The notes beneath the pieces were generated by a model. That model saw only the letters and a program-made list of their open reading frames with translations, did not search any database and had not been told where the DNA came from. The position numbers were made by a program, and so were the translations under genes. Shown here in pieces: positions 11,050 to 21,324 of a DNA stretch of 43,895 bases. The DNA lies in IMG/VR virus record IMGVR_UViG_2548876954_000009, one strand, 5' to 3'. Origin of the DNA: a virus. Its lineage: Duplodnaviria > Heunggongvirae > Uroviricota > Caudoviricetes. Every line of letters starts with the position of its first letter. Positions within the stretch are counted from its first letter, which is position 1.

Positions 11050-11378
11050 CAGTTCACCACCTGTTCAAACTCTGCGCTGAACTCAACACGCAGCATACTG
11101 ACCCGCGACGACCATTTTGCGCAGGTCACCTTTATCTGTCGCCACTCATAAGGCGGCGTCCACAGAAAGGCTTTCCAGCCCCCGTGCTCAGCCAGAAACG
11201 ACTCCAGCGCCGTGGCCTCCCGACGGGGAACAGAAAACGTCACGCTGTACGTTTTCAGGTTGGAATTCAGCCCGGCAGGCGCTCGCTGGGAATAGCCATC
11301 ACCAAAGCGCACCTTTCTTACGGAAGGGGCCGAAGCCACATCCATGCCGGGTTTCACTTTCCAGCGGAAGGTTTTCAT
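11049..11378 (-). CDS. M: Tail tip assembly protein M
   Basis: 109 aa, MKTFRWKVKPGMDV... lambda M-like. Confidence 0.95.
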   Translation of the reverse strand: MKTFRWKVKPGMDVASAPSVRKVRFGDGYSQRAPAGLNSNLKTYSVTFSVPRREATALESFLAEHGGWKAFLWTPPYEWRQIKVTCAKWSSRVSMLRVEFSAEFEQVVN

Positions 11379-14300
11379 CGTCCACCTCCGGAGAACAGGC
11401 CACCATCACGCATCTGTGTCTGAATTTCATCACGGGCACCCTTGCGGGCCATGTCATACACCGCCTTCAGAGCAGCCGGACCTATCTGCCCGTTCGTGCC
11501 GTCGTTGTTAATCACCACATGGTTATTCTGCTCAAACATCGCCATACCTGAACCACCAATATTTGCCACAACCCCCAGCTTACCGTCAGCACCACGGCGC
11601 AGTGGCAGAATGGCTTCAGGTCCCGCTTCCCCCATCACACCCGCGCCTTTTGCAAAAGCAAAAAACGTCGGTCGGTTAACCACCGTGCCGCTGTAGCGAC
11701 TCAAATCAGCCGACTGATAAACGCCACCATCAGCATTGGGCGTCACACTGGCAGCGGCTGCACTCCCCCAGCCAAACGCCGAACCAATCCCCTTCACCGC
11801 CTGCATCATGGCCATCTGCGCCATAATTTTTGCCAGATCGGAAAGGAGTGAGGCGGTAAAAGATTTGAAGTTCAGTTTTCCGGTGGTACAGAAGGTCGCC
11901 AGTGCATTACCAGCACTGTTAAATGCCGCTGTAAGCATCTGCTCAGCAGTGCCTGCCGCATTATCCGCATCTGCCGTGAAATTCTGAAACGCCCGCATGG
12001 CACCGTTTTTCCAGTTACCCTGAGCAATTTCAAGCTGTTGCCAGTAACGGCGATTCTCATTCAGTTGTCGGTTCAGGCTCTCCGTCAGCGCCTGCTCGGC
12101 CTTTCTGTAGTCATCCGTGTTATATGTCCCTTTCTGCTCACTATCCCGCCTCAACTGCTCCAGCTGTTGCTGGTATTTCTGGCGAAGACTCAGTTGTACC
12201 TGATATCGCTGCCGCTGCTGATCACCCATACCCACCGTGGCGATATCCAGGTCATGTTGCTGACGCTGAGCGCGCTCTTCTTCAGCCAGTTGACTGGTCA
12301 GCTGAATTGTTTTTTTCTTCAGATCGTTGAGTGCCGTCTGTTTCTGAAGCTCCTGCTGTTTTACATCCAGCAGCGTCAGTGCCTGAATCAGTTCATCTTT
12401 ACGGGCCAGCACACTCTTTTCATCTGCCGTCAGTTTTTTCCCGTCCAGATCGCTGATGCGCTGCTGCAGAGCCAGAAGCTGTTTATGCGCTTCTGTCATC
12501 CTGTCAGTGGCAATGCCTGCTGACTGTCTGGCAGCAGCAATCTGTCCTTCCACCTGTGCCTGTTGCTGGCTGTACTGCAGCAATAACCGGGTGGCCTCAT
12601 CATTACGGGTTTCGCGTGTTTTTTTCTTACCGGATGCCAGGGCTTTCTCGTAACGTTCATTTTCACGTTGTATCGCCGCATCCCTGACAGCCTGATCGGC
12701 GTACTGCATGGCATTAATACGCGCAATTTCACACTGATGTCGTGCAGCTTCCGTTTCATTCATCCGGTTCAGTGCAGCATTTTCAGCATTACGGCGTTTC
12801 TGTTGCTCCTGATAATTCCGCTCTGCCTGCTCTTTTGCATCCTGCAAATCCTTCTGGCGTTTTTTCTCCTGAAGATCGTTAAGACGCTGCTGATCGTATT
12901 CAACCTGAGAAGATGATGCCGTCCAGGGGAGTCTTTTCGCCCGCGACACTTTCTCCTGCAAAGTGGCAATCTGCGCATCCAGCGAGTCTTCACGACCAAT
13001 ATTCATGGCCGCATCCCAGAACTGCTTCCACCAGTCAGACAAGGTTTGCAGCGTACTACCCAGCGCATTGAGGTTATTATCAATATCCGCAGTACGCCGA
13101 CCGGTTTCCTCTGCCAGTGCAGACATGGCTATCCGTGCCGCATCACTGGACCGCCCCTGTTCCCCAAGGACGCGTATCTGCTCAAGCTGAGTGGCAGTAA
13201 GAAAATGCAGCTCATTGTCCAGAGCCTTCGCGGCATTTACAGGATCATCCTTCAGCCGCTTAAACTGATTTATGGTATCGCTGACCGACTGGCCAACCGA
13301 TCGCTCCATCTGTGCGGCAGCTTTCGCCACCATACCGATATCGTTTCCACGAAATGCACCACTCCCCACCACCTGAGCCAGCGCACCGGCTGCAGCATGT
13401 TGCGTAATACCATTCCCGGAAATAGCACGACTGAGCGTCCACAGCTGCCCGGCAGTGACTCCGGCATAATGCCCCGTCAGCGACAACTGGCGGTTAAATT
13501 CTTCCCCCTCCTTCTGACCATCATACCAGGCTTTACCCAGACCATAGACGGCCGCGGCAATACCGCCAATAACCGCTCCTGGCATCATGCCTTTCGGTGA
13601 CATCAGTGTGTCTATCCATCCGGCACGGTTAGCCAGCGTTATCCCGGATCCCCTCAGCGCACCTAAATTGCCACGAGCCAGTTCACCTATCAGAACGCCT
13701 ATCTCCTGGCGGGCCGCTGCACTTTTCAGACCCAGCGAATGCGTGGCTTTTCCTGCCTGCTCCATTTTGCGGATATACACTTCTGCAGCACTGCTTACCC
13801 CCAGCTGGGCAGCCTTAGCACGAAGCAACTCAGAAGAGGAAAGATTCTGGCGGGTTGCCTGCTCTTTAAGCTGACGGATAAACGCCACTTTCTGTCGGGT
13901 AGCCTCTGCCTCAGCCTGCGTAAGAACACGGGTTTTCGCCGTAACCTCAGAAATCAGCGCCAGATAATCCTGCTGACCAATCCCGCCACTGTTTCTGGCC
14001 TGTCGGATCTGCTGCTGAATACGCTGTAATTCCTGCAGCCCCGCACTGGCCTGTTTCACACTGTCAATCTGACGATAAAACGCGGCAGCCGCTTTATCCT
14101 GAGCCTCCGCCAGAGCCATGGCCTGCGCCTGTTCCTCGCGCATTTTCTGGCTCAGTGCCTCCATACGCTGGCGGGTTTGCTCCACCTCGCGGGCCATGCG
14201 TTCATGAGCCTGTGCGCTCTTCTCCACCGTCTGCGCATGGACGGATGCGGCTGTTGCAGCCGAAGAAGCCGCCTGCATTGTCTGCCGGGCGGCCTGAGTC

Positions 14301-14449
14301 TGACGCTCCATAAAACGCTGCATACGGGCAGAAGACCGTTCTGCATCGCTGGCTGCACCATTCAGAAGGTTTTTGATACGGGGAATTTCATTTTTAAACT
14401 CTGCCGCATCAATCCCCAAATCAATGACCAGGTTGGCTATCTGGTCCAT
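11375..14449 (-). CDS. H: Tail tape measure protein H
   Basis: About 1024 aa from ATG at 14449 (ORF track start 14458 is GTG); coiled-coil-rich; C-terminus ...FEQNNHVVINNDGTNGQIGPAALKAVYDMARKGARDEIQTQMRDGGLFSGGGR matches lambda H. Confidence 0.9.
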   Translation of the reverse strand: MDQIANLVIDLGIDAAEFKNEIPRIKNLLNGAASDAERSSARMQRFMERQTQAARQTMQAASSAATAASVHAQTVEKSAQAHERMAREVEQTRQRMEALSQKMREEQAQAMALAEAQDKAAAAFYRQIDSVKQASAGLQELQRIQQQIRQARNSGGIGQQDYLALISEVTAKTRVLTQAEAEATRQKVAFIRQLKEQATRQNLSSSELLRAKAAQLGVSSAAEVYIRKMEQAGKATHSLGLKSAAARQEIGVLIGELARGNLGALRGSGITLANRAGWIDTLMSPKGMMPGAVIGGIAAAVYGLGKAWYDGQKEGEEFNRQLSLTGHYAGVTAGQLWTLSRAISGNGITQHAAAGALAQVVGSGAFRGNDIGMVAKAAAQMERSVGQSVSDTINQFKRLKDDPVNAAKALDNELHFLTATQLEQIRVLGEQGRSSDAARIAMSALAEETGRRTADIDNNLNALGSTLQTLSDWWKQFWDAAMNIGREDSLDAQIATLQEKVSRAKRLPWTASSSQVEYDQQRLNDLQEKKRQKDLQDAKEQAERNYQEQQKRRNAENAALNRMNETEAARHQCEIARINAMQYADQAVRDAAIQRENERYEKALASGKKKTRETRNDEATRLLLQYSQQQAQVEGQIAAARQSAGIATDRMTEAHKQLLALQQRISDLDGKKLTADEKSVLARKDELIQALTLLDVKQQELQKQTALNDLKKKTIQLTSQLAEEERAQRQQHDLDIATVGMGDQQRQRYQVQLSLRQKYQQQLEQLRRDSEQKGTYNTDDYRKAEQALTESLNRQLNENRRYWQQLEIAQGNWKNGAMRAFQNFTADADNAAGTAEQMLTAAFNSAGNALATFCTTGKLNFKSFTASLLSDLAKIMAQMAMMQAVKGIGSAFGWGSAAAASVTPNADGGVYQSADLSRYSGTVVNRPTFFAFAKGAGVMGEAGPEAILPLRRGADGKLGVVANIGGSGMAMFEQNNHVVINNDGTNGQIGPAALKAVYDMARKGARDEIQTQMRDGGLFSGGGR

Positions 14450-15148
14450 AACGCACACCTCCGGAAATACCTTCCCCTAGATGCATCAGTTCTTCGTCCG
14501 TTCGCTCCGGTATCCCGTTCTCTTCCGGTAAAAGGCTGAAATCAGCCACCGCAGCATCACTGCTACCGGACACCATTCTCACGATCAATGCCTTCAGCGA
14601 GGCAAACTGCGCATCCATCCACACATCACTGAAGCTCTGCATCCGGAAATAATCGCCCCACTCACCAAGCTCAGTGGCCGACATTTCCGACAGCATCCGC
14701 CGCCAGTCTGCCCGCCGGAACTCCCGGGCAAGCCGCATGACAAACTGCATTTCCCGCGTCAGGACTTTTCCGGCGTCAGCACCTCATGCTCCAGATCCCC
14801 GGCATTCTCAATGGCTCCCATACCGCTCAGCGACAGAACCATCTCCGCCCCCGCTCCCAGGGCATCATACGACCATGTTGTAATAACGGATGCGCAAAGC
14901 GTCTCAACATCCTGAGACTGTTCCGCATTCCACAGTGAGCGGGAAACCAGCCAGGCATTGATATCCATCCCCATCCGCAGAAAAGCAATCTGTCGTTCAG
15001 CCTCCGGCAGTTCTCCCTCTTCGGCATCAAACTTTGCCGTTCGCTGCTGAACAAACGCCAGATATTCAATTCTCTGCAGCCCGGACAGCTCACTGAGCAC
15101 CACGGACTGCTTTTCATAATTAAACGTGCCCTGTTTCAGAAACATCAT
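14421..15148 (-). CDS. T: Tail assembly chaperone G-T fusion via programmed -1 ribosomal frameshift (T portion 14421..14783)
   Basis: T-frame ORF is in -1 frame relative to G and open across the last 22 nt of G; GGAAAAG near G stop resembles lambda GGGAAAG slip site. Confidence 0.6.
14759..15148 (-). CDS. G: Tail assembly chaperone G
   Basis: MMFLKQGTF... lambda G-like; ATG at 15148 with GGTGGAG RBS. Confidence 0.9.
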   Translation of the reverse strand: MMFLKQGTFNYEKQSVVLSELSGLQRIEYLAFVQQRTAKFDAEEGELPEAERQIAFLRMGMDINAWLVSRSLWNAEQSQDVETLCASVITTWSYDALGAGAEMVLSLSGMGAIENAGDLEHEVLTPEKS

Positions 15149-15160
15149 GTTCTCCACCTG

Positions 15161-15185
15161 CAAAAAAGCCCCGGATAACCGGGGC
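15161..15185 (-). terminator. Rho-independent terminator between V and G
   Basis: Stem GCCCCGG/CCGGGGC, loop ATAA, T-tract on minus strand. Confidence 0.5.
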
Positions 15186-15205
15186 AAATGATGAGTATCG
15201 TCCTG

Positions 15206-15949
15206 TTAACCTGCGGCGCTGACAGCCACCGCAGCCACTGCCACAAAATCGCCGTCAGAAGTCATGCCCACAATGCTGACACTGCCCTGCTTCACGCCTT
15301 TCACCGTGGCCACAAGCCCGTTCAGGGTCACCGTGGCAGTCTGTGGATCTGTCGAATGCACACTGATCGCTTTGTCACTGGCTCCGTCAGGTTTTACTGT
15401 AAAGGTCAGCGTGGTGGTTGCTCCCACTTTTACACTGGCAGATGCCGGTGCCACCGTCAGCCCGGTAACGCTCACGGTTTCAGTGCCTTCCTCTGCCAGA
15501 TACGGACGCCCCACACCGCTGATTTTCACAGTGCGGGTCATCACGTCTTTTGAGGCAATGGTTTTACCCAGTGAGCTCAGCCAGCCGCGGAAAACATCAA
15601 CAGTACCGTTGGGATATTTGATACGAAACGCGCAGACTTCACCGGAGTCGAACAACTGAACCAGTTTTTTCTGCCCGCTGTCACCCGGACGCCAGGCCAG
15701 CGTCGCCGAAGTATCACCAACGGATTTCTGCCCCTGGGTTGTCGTTTTCCAGTCTGCATCCTCATCATCGAGATAAGTGTCATCTTCTGCATCAGCGGTC
15801 ATTTCGCCAGGTTGCAGATCCTTCACCATCGCAAGACGCAGCCAGTCAGTGTCCGACAAAGGGTTCGCAAACGCATCGCCGTTGCCGGTATACATCCAGA
15901 ACGTCGTCCCCGCACCTTTCGTCTTTGCCAGTGGATTTGGTGTGGTCAT
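15206..15949 (-). CDS. V: Major tail tube protein V with C-terminal Ig-like domain
   Basis: MTTPNPLAKTKGAGTTFW... lambda V-like; ATG 15949 preceded by GGAGGTGG RBS. Confidence 0.95.
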   Translation of the reverse strand: MTTPNPLAKTKGAGTTFWMYTGNGDAFANPLSDTDWLRLAMVKDLQPGEMTADAEDDTYLDDEDADWKTTTQGQKSVGDTSATLAWRPGDSGQKKLVQLFDSGEVCAFRIKYPNGTVDVFRGWLSSLGKTIASKDVMTRTVKISGVGRPYLAEEGTETVSVTGLTVAPASASVKVGATTTLTFTVKPDGASDKAISVHSTDPQTATVTLNGLVATVKGVKQGSVSIVGMTSDGDFVAVAAVAVSAAG

Positions 15950-15959
15950 TACCACCTCC

Positions 15960-16361
15960 TTAATTCGTGTACGTGATCTGGTACGTGATTTCCGCCATCG
16001 CCCAGGTGGCCATCTCATTATCACGTTGATAGTTAAAACCGAGTGGGATCAGGGTGTCGATGAGTCCGGAAAGTGCCGGTACATCATTCAGGGCCGGGAA
16101 AATGGTGCTCTCCATCCACATATCCAGCTCTGAATCCGGTGCCTGTGCCCGGATGAAGACAGCAATATGCAGAACAGCCTGCCAGTCATCTTCATCCGTC
16201 ATTTTTCCGGTGTACTGAGCATCACTCAGCCACACCGCCACGGCAGGCAGTTCCTGCGCATCAACAAATGCCGGAAGCCCGTCAAAAAACGTGGCGCTGT
16301 CTCCACACTGTTCCCGAAGGCGTGCCAGTACGGCCTGGCGGATTTGTGTATGTCGGTTCAT
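15960..16361 (-). CDS. U: Tail terminator protein U
   Basis: MNRHTQIRQAVLARL...ATFFDG... lambda U-like; ATG overlaps Z stop (ATGA). Confidence 0.9.
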   Translation of the reverse strand: MNRHTQIRQAVLARLREQCGDSATFFDGLPAFVDAQELPAVAVWLSDAQYTGKMTDEDDWQAVLHIAVFIRAQAPDSELDMWMESTIFPALNDVPALSGLIDTLIPLGFNYQRDNEMATWAMAEITYQITYTN

Positions 16362-16936
16362 CGGGTCAGCCATAACCTCAGTTGTTGTTTCAGTGCATAC
16401 CCCAGCTGTTTCGGCATTTCCGCAGCAATGATGCGGTCGCGGGCATCTTCAAATGCCTGTGTCAGCGGTCCGGAAAGCGGGATTTTCACCACATCAATGG
16501 GGTAACGATTTTTGCCATCAATACGCCGCATCACATGCCAGCGACCATTCGCCAGTTGCTGAATAAACGCATCCCGGAAAAGATATTTACCCACCTTCAG
16601 CACACTGCCACGGTACTGCAGTTTTCCACCACGCCGGGCCAGTCTGACCCGGGCTGTCCCCAGCTTAATGGCGGGCAGATTGCCCCGGTTAACGCGGATC
16701 CTGGCCGTCATTTTTCCTGACGGACTGGCTTTAAACACCCGGACACGCTGACGTACCAGTTTCAGGGGGATCCCTTTCACCTGGTTATCTCCCGCAACGG
16801 TATTCCCGGCAACCTGCCGGGTGGCAACCGAGACCGCTTTCTGTGCCACACGGTTTATCGCCCATGCGCTGGCCTGTGGCACCATACGGGTATCAAGGCT
16901 GTTCAGATTGCGGATGGCATTCTCAAGCCCCTTCAT
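16358..16936 (-). CDS. Z: Tail completion protein Z
   Basis: 192 aa, same length and position as lambda Z. Confidence 0.85.
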   Translation of the reverse strand: MKGLENAIRNLNSLDTRMVPQASAWAINRVAQKAVSVATRQVAGNTVAGDNQVKGIPLKLVRQRVRVFKASPSGKMTARIRVNRGNLPAIKLGTARVRLARRGGKLQYRGSVLKVGKYLFRDAFIQQLANGRWHVMRRIDGKNRYPIDVVKIPLSGPLTQAFEDARDRIIAAEMPKQLGYALKQQLRLWLTR

Positions 16937-16947
16937 CCCACACCTCT

Positions 16948-17223
16948 TTACTCAATAAAGATCATTGGCTTACCGTTAAAGCGTTCATGCCGTGTGACCG
17001 TCCATTGTTGTCCGTCATAAACAACGCGATCCCCGCGCCGTGGGCGGTATCCCGAAGAAAACACCACCAGAGAGACCGCAGGTCCGGACAGAGCATTCAG
17101 CTCTGCCAGTGTTTCTCCCGGGATCACAGTCATATCGACATCATTAATCGAGGCTGTCTTTCCCATCTTTCTGACCGTGATAGCATCCATACGCGCTGCC
17201 AGCCGGGAAAAGGGATCAGACAT
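16948..17223 (-). CDS. Putative head-tail joining/head completion protein
   Basis: 91-aa ORF in the FII-equivalent position between head and tail genes; no motif recognised. Confidence 0.4.
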   Translation of the reverse strand: MSDPFSRLAARMDAITVRKMGKTASINDVDMTVIPGETLAELNALSGPAVSLVVFSSGYRPRRGDRVVYDGQQWTVTRHERFNGKPMIFIE

Positions 17224-17539
17224 TGAGTTTTACCGGCACTTCTTCTGCACTGGTTCCGGCATCTGCCCAGACAACCCCGACCAGCGGATCAGAGCCGCTG
17301 TTAGTCAGCTGAACTTTTCCTGACTTCAGATAAACCTTCTTACCCGTTTTCATGTCATCCGTTTTCAGCTTAGGCAGGATAAACACACCTTCGGTCATGC
17401 CGTCGCCTGTTTCACCCTGTGGAATATCGGTCAGCGCCACCGCAAAAACATCGCCCACCTGCACCAGATCTCCGCTGCTGATGGCTGCACTGGCAACAAT
17501 CGCCACCGTTTTTCCTTCTTCTACAAAATTCTTTGCCAT
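17216..17539 (-). CDS. Small phage head-associated protein (DUF2190-like, possible decoration protein)
   Basis: MAKNFVEEGKT... 107 aa from ATG 17539 with GGAGA RBS; directly downstream of capsid gene. Confidence 0.4.
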   Translation of the reverse strand: MAKNFVEEGKTVAIVASAAISSGDLVQVGDVFAVALTDIPQGETGDGMTEGVFILPKLKTDDMKTGKKVYLKSGKVQLTNSGSDPLVGVVWADAGTSAEEVPVKLNV

Positions 17540-17625
17540 AACTGTCTCCGCACAGCCCCGTTCAGGGGCTGATTTCAGGTACAAAAAAAGCCCTTACGGG
17601 CCATCAGAGTTGTTGTCTGCGACGT

Positions 17626-19584
17626 TTACGCCGTACATTTCACCAGACCGCGGTGATCAACTGGCGCGACACCGGCGTCAATACGCACTTTCGTTGTCAC
17701 GCCATCCACACTGAAGCCCTCCATCTGATCAATATATGGCGTATCCACACCGTTGAGATAAGCCACTTCAATCGTATCGGAGCCTTTTGACGCAGCCAGG
17801 TAGAAGGTGGTCTGGCTGTTATCATCAAGACGAGGCTCTGCAATAACGGTCGCAAAATCTTTCACCGGGTTAATAATACCGGCGTTAATGTCAGCCCCCT
17901 TGACACTTGAGGAGCGAATGACCTGGTTAGCAACAGACTCCATCGCCGTCGGTACCAGTACGAACGCAGGACGAATATTCAGATGACGCTCCCCCTCTTT
18001 CTGAACGCGCATCAACTGGCGGGCTTTATCCAGCGATGCCACGTCCATTGCAGCGCTCTCCAGTACGTTTGCGTGTTTCGCTTTATCGAACAGACTTACA
18101 TTATCTGTGGAGATTTTCGGGTTAGACGTCAGAATGGCATAAACCAGATCGGCAATAGTGGATTTCGCCGCACGGCCCAGTTTCATCGGGACATCAGTCA
18201 GCATATTCAGATCATCATTGATAATGGCCTGACGGGTGATACTGAACAGCTCGCCATAGGTCGCCAGTGCAATAGTGGCCTGTTTATCTCCGGTGGTGAC
18301 GTATTTATATTCCGCCCCTTCACGCACCTGACGCAGAGCACTGAAGCCCCCCATACCCACACGATGGGCAATTTTAAAATCAGACAACTGACCTTTCCGC
18401 GTCCACTGTTCATAGGTTTCAGGGGCATCTTCCCAGCCCTGCAGAATGGCTTTGTTCGCAACATCCAGCAGAATATTACCGAAGTCAGACGTACTGTGTG
18501 TGAACGCCGCACCGACCATCTGCATCGGGTTATAACCGGAAACCCCAATACCCCGTTCAGTCAGTGACATACGGGCATATTCACGCAGGGTCATCCCGTT
18601 GTAGACATTATCACGTTCGGTTTTTTCAAATCCGGCACGCGCCATCAGCGCCTGGCGGATCCCGTCCCCCACAAAATTACCGTTACCGGCATAAATATGA
18701 GCCGGGATATTTTTATTGGATGGCGTGGACTCGCGCCCCATTTCGTTCAACAGCTTTTCACGGGCCTGCTCCAGCGAACATTCAGGATCGGCAAGACACT
18801 GAGCCTGCAGCGTCTGATAACGCCCGCCAAACATGGCAAACAGATCATTAATACCGTTTACACGCGCTTTTTGCTCTGCCAGTACCTGCGCACGGATACT
18901 GTTTTCATCCACCACGGGGGCTGCTGCCTGCACTGGCGTCCGGGAAGCTGCAGGTTCATTATCCTGTACGCGTGGAGCACTGTTGCGTGGCGGAGTAATC
19001 ATGTTTCGAATGGATTCCGGCATCTTTTTAAATTCCTCTGTACGTTTTGACTGAATACATGCCATTGCCTTAACGGCTGGCGTTACCTGATCAGCAAATC
19101 CCTGTGCCAGACATTCGGCACCGGACATCCAGGTCTCATCCGCCAGCATGGCAGCAATTTCATCGGTGGTTTTCCCGGTTTTCTGTGCATAAGCGGGTAA
19201 CAGAACCGCCTCAACCTTATCGAGCAGGTCGGCATAGGTGCGCATGTCCTCCGCATCACCGCCCGTAAAGCCAAATGGTTTATGAATCATCATGAAAGTG
19301 TTTTCCGGCATAATGACCGGGTTTCCCACCATCGCAATGACCGACGCCATTGACGCCGCCACACCGTCGACATAAACGGTAATGGACGCACCATGTGTTT
19401 TCAGTGCATTAAAAATGGCGATGCCTTCAAAGACATCGCCACCCGGTGAATTGATATGGAGATTAATGTGGGTGATATCGCCCAGTGCATTCAGATCACT
19501 GATAAACTGCTTCGCTGTAACACCCCAGAAACCAATCTCGTCATAAATATAAATATCCGCGTCACTCTGGTGACCAGCCTGCAT
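17626..19584 (-). CDS. Prohead protease (ClpP/S14-like) fused to major capsid protein (HK97-fold type)
   Basis: N-terminal ClpP-like region (...INSPGGDVFEGIAIFNAL...MMIHKPFGFTGG...), C-terminal capsid-like domain; ATG 19584 is 13 nt after portal stop. Confidence 0.8.
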   Translation of the reverse strand: MQAGHQSDADIYIYDEIGFWGVTAKQFISDLNALGDITHINLHINSPGGDVFEGIAIFNALKTHGASITVYVDGVAASMASVIAMVGNPVIMPENTFMMIHKPFGFTGGDAEDMRTYADLLDKVEAVLLPAYAQKTGKTTDEIAAMLADETWMSGAECLAQGFADQVTPAVKAMACIQSKRTEEFKKMPESIRNMITPPRNSAPRVQDNEPAASRTPVQAAAPVVDENSIRAQVLAEQKARVNGINDLFAMFGGRYQTLQAQCLADPECSLEQAREKLLNEMGRESTPSNKNIPAHIYAGNGNFVGDGIRQALMARAGFEKTERDNVYNGMTLREYARMSLTERGIGVSGYNPMQMVGAAFTHSTSDFGNILLDVANKAILQGWEDAPETYEQWTRKGQLSDFKIAHRVGMGGFSALRQVREGAEYKYVTTGDKQATIALATYGELFSITRQAIINDDLNMLTDVPMKLGRAAKSTIADLVYAILTSNPKISTDNVSLFDKAKHANVLESAAMDVASLDKARQLMRVQKEGERHLNIRPAFVLVPTAMESVANQVIRSSSVKGADINAGIINPVKDFATVIAEPRLDDNSQTTFYLAASKGSDTIEVAYLNGVDTPYIDQMEGFSVDGVTTKVRIDAGVAPVDHRGLVKCTA

Positions 19585-19597
19585 CCTGAACCAGGAA

Positions 19598-21106
19598 TTA
19601 TTCTTCGAACTGGTCGTCGGTGTGCTGCGGATCCTGTCGTTTCGTTGCGGCACTGCTGCCTCCTTTATCACTGGCCGGATCGGTATCAAATACCAGATCC
19701 AGCTTGCGGTTTTCATCAATTTCGGCCTTGCGCCGACGTTTGACATCATCCGGATTACGACCACCAGCACGTACCCAGTCTGATTCTGTCGCCGCTCCAC
19801 CACGAATCTGGATTTTCCAGGCCTCAGCCTCCTTAACAGGGTCAATCCACGGCATCACTGGTCCGGAATACACCGCGGTATACAGTGAAGAACGGTCAAG
19901 ATCGCGGGGTAGCCTGATAACACCGGATGCCACAGCCTGTTTCAGCCAGGCACGATACATCGGGCGGGTGACGGCACCAATAAACCAGTCCTGCAGGATC
20001 AGGTAGCCATCAGTAGACTCAACCAGTTCCTGACGCTGGGCGCTGTAAGTGCCGTTATAGTTGCGTGCCGTACTGGAAAAACTCAGACGACTGCCCGCCG
20101 CCACGGCACGCAACTGACCATTACGAAAAGTTTCAAGGTTAGGATTGGGACGATCCGACTTCACCATTCCGATTTCTTCGCCGGGTTTCAGATCGTCGTA
20201 AATAATGCCTGGCTGAATGGTAAGCTCGCGTTCATTCTCCTTGCTGTCATTACCATCCGTTTCATAGCTCTGTCCGTCGCCTTTCCGGATGTACATCCCC
20301 AGAGCAGCGGCGATCCTTGCTGCAGTCAGCTCAGAATCTTCATACTCTTTCAGGGCGCTGAGGCGGATCAGCACACCGGACAATAAAGACGTCCCGCGCA
20401 TCTGGTGCAGACGGCGAACAAATTTAAGATGCAGCATTCGCTCTGCATCCACTTCTTTGGTTTCCATCTGCCGTCCGGATATGGGACGGCTTTTATACAC
20501 CAGATATTTTTCGGGACGCCCCCAGTCATCAACAAACACGCCCTGATTCAGCCTGTTGCTCTCATCACTGGTCATGGGAATAAAGTCCGGCTCGAGCGCC
20601 TCCAGCCAGAAATGAACACCGGCAGAAGGCGTCAGGCTGTTTATGCGCCCGGAAACCATCTGGGCAAACACCTCACCATCGCGCAGCCAGGTACGCAGCA
20701 TCAGACGTTCCAGCATCGGACGGGTAAACTGCCCGGTGACTTCCGGACTGACAGACCATTCACTCCATCGGGTGCGTATCTCCGCTGCCAGATCACGGGC
20801 AATGGCCCCATTGCGTAATACCGGATGTGGCTCGACAATAATCCCGTTTTTCCCCACCACCCGTTCTTCCAGCTTGTCAAATACACCAATGACCAGATCG
20901 TGGTTGTTATCAAGGTAACGGGCCTGCTCACGTAACGACACGGCCCCGTACTGGCTTAACTGGTCGGCAGTTCGGTTCTCCCGCCGGGCTTTGTGTGTCC
21001 GCGTCGTTTTTACGGCCTCATAAGCCTGGATCACCGCACGGGAACGCAGCCTTGCCGCTTTCCATCCTGGTGAAAAAACGCCAATCACATCATCAAGAAT
21101 TGCCAT
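19598..21106 (-). CDS. B: Portal protein (lambda B family)
   Basis: About 502 aa from ATG 21106 overlapping W stop (TGATG); position between W and capsid. Confidence 0.85.
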   Translation of the reverse strand: MAILDDVIGVFSPGWKAARLRSRAVIQAYEAVKTTRTHKARRENRTADQLSQYGAVSLREQARYLDNNHDLVIGVFDKLEERVVGKNGIIVEPHPVLRNGAIARDLAAEIRTRWSEWSVSPEVTGQFTRPMLERLMLRTWLRDGEVFAQMVSGRINSLTPSAGVHFWLEALEPDFIPMTSDESNRLNQGVFVDDWGRPEKYLVYKSRPISGRQMETKEVDAERMLHLKFVRRLHQMRGTSLLSGVLIRLSALKEYEDSELTAARIAAALGMYIRKGDGQSYETDGNDSKENERELTIQPGIIYDDLKPGEEIGMVKSDRPNPNLETFRNGQLRAVAAGSRLSFSSTARNYNGTYSAQRQELVESTDGYLILQDWFIGAVTRPMYRAWLKQAVASGVIRLPRDLDRSSLYTAVYSGPVMPWIDPVKEAEAWKIQIRGGAATESDWVRAGGRNPDDVKRRRKAEIDENRKLDLVFDTDPASDKGGSSAATKRQDPQHTDDQFEE

Positions 21107-21324
21107 CAGAACCTCGCCAGCCGGTACCCGGGATGCCCCCGTCGTCGTGTAATCAGAGCCGCAAGGCGGCGCTCCCACTCCTGCCGCCCCTGCCGGATCT
21201 CAGATAAGTTTTCCATGGTCATCTGCTGACCATTAAAAGTGACGGATTTTCCGTCCAGCACCGCCATTTCAGCTTCCGTATAACGCTGAATCATGGCTTC
21301 AATATCATTCTGATTCATAACCAT
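21106..21324 (-). CDS. W: Head-tail joining protein W
   Basis: 72 aa, gpW-like, ends ...RRRGHPGYRLARF; between terminase and portal. Confidence 0.8.
   Translation of the reverse strand: MVMNQNDIEAMIQRYTEAEMAVLDGKSVTFNGQQMTMENLSEIRQGRQEWERRLAALITRRRGHPGYRLARF

Noticed and set aside
10273-11151. 292-aa plus-strand ORF
   Set aside because: Antisense to tail genes L and M, which are strongly supported by lambda-like sequence and operon structure.
11442-14539. Multiple 60-180 aa ORFs on both strands within the tape measure gene
   Set aside because: All overlap the 1024-aa H gene in other frames; repetitive coiled-coil coding sequence generates many spurious ORFs.
17586-17602. Possible terminator between capsid and DUF2190-like gene
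   Set aside because: Stem of only 4 bp (GCCC/GGGC) despite a 7-nt T-tract; too weak to call.
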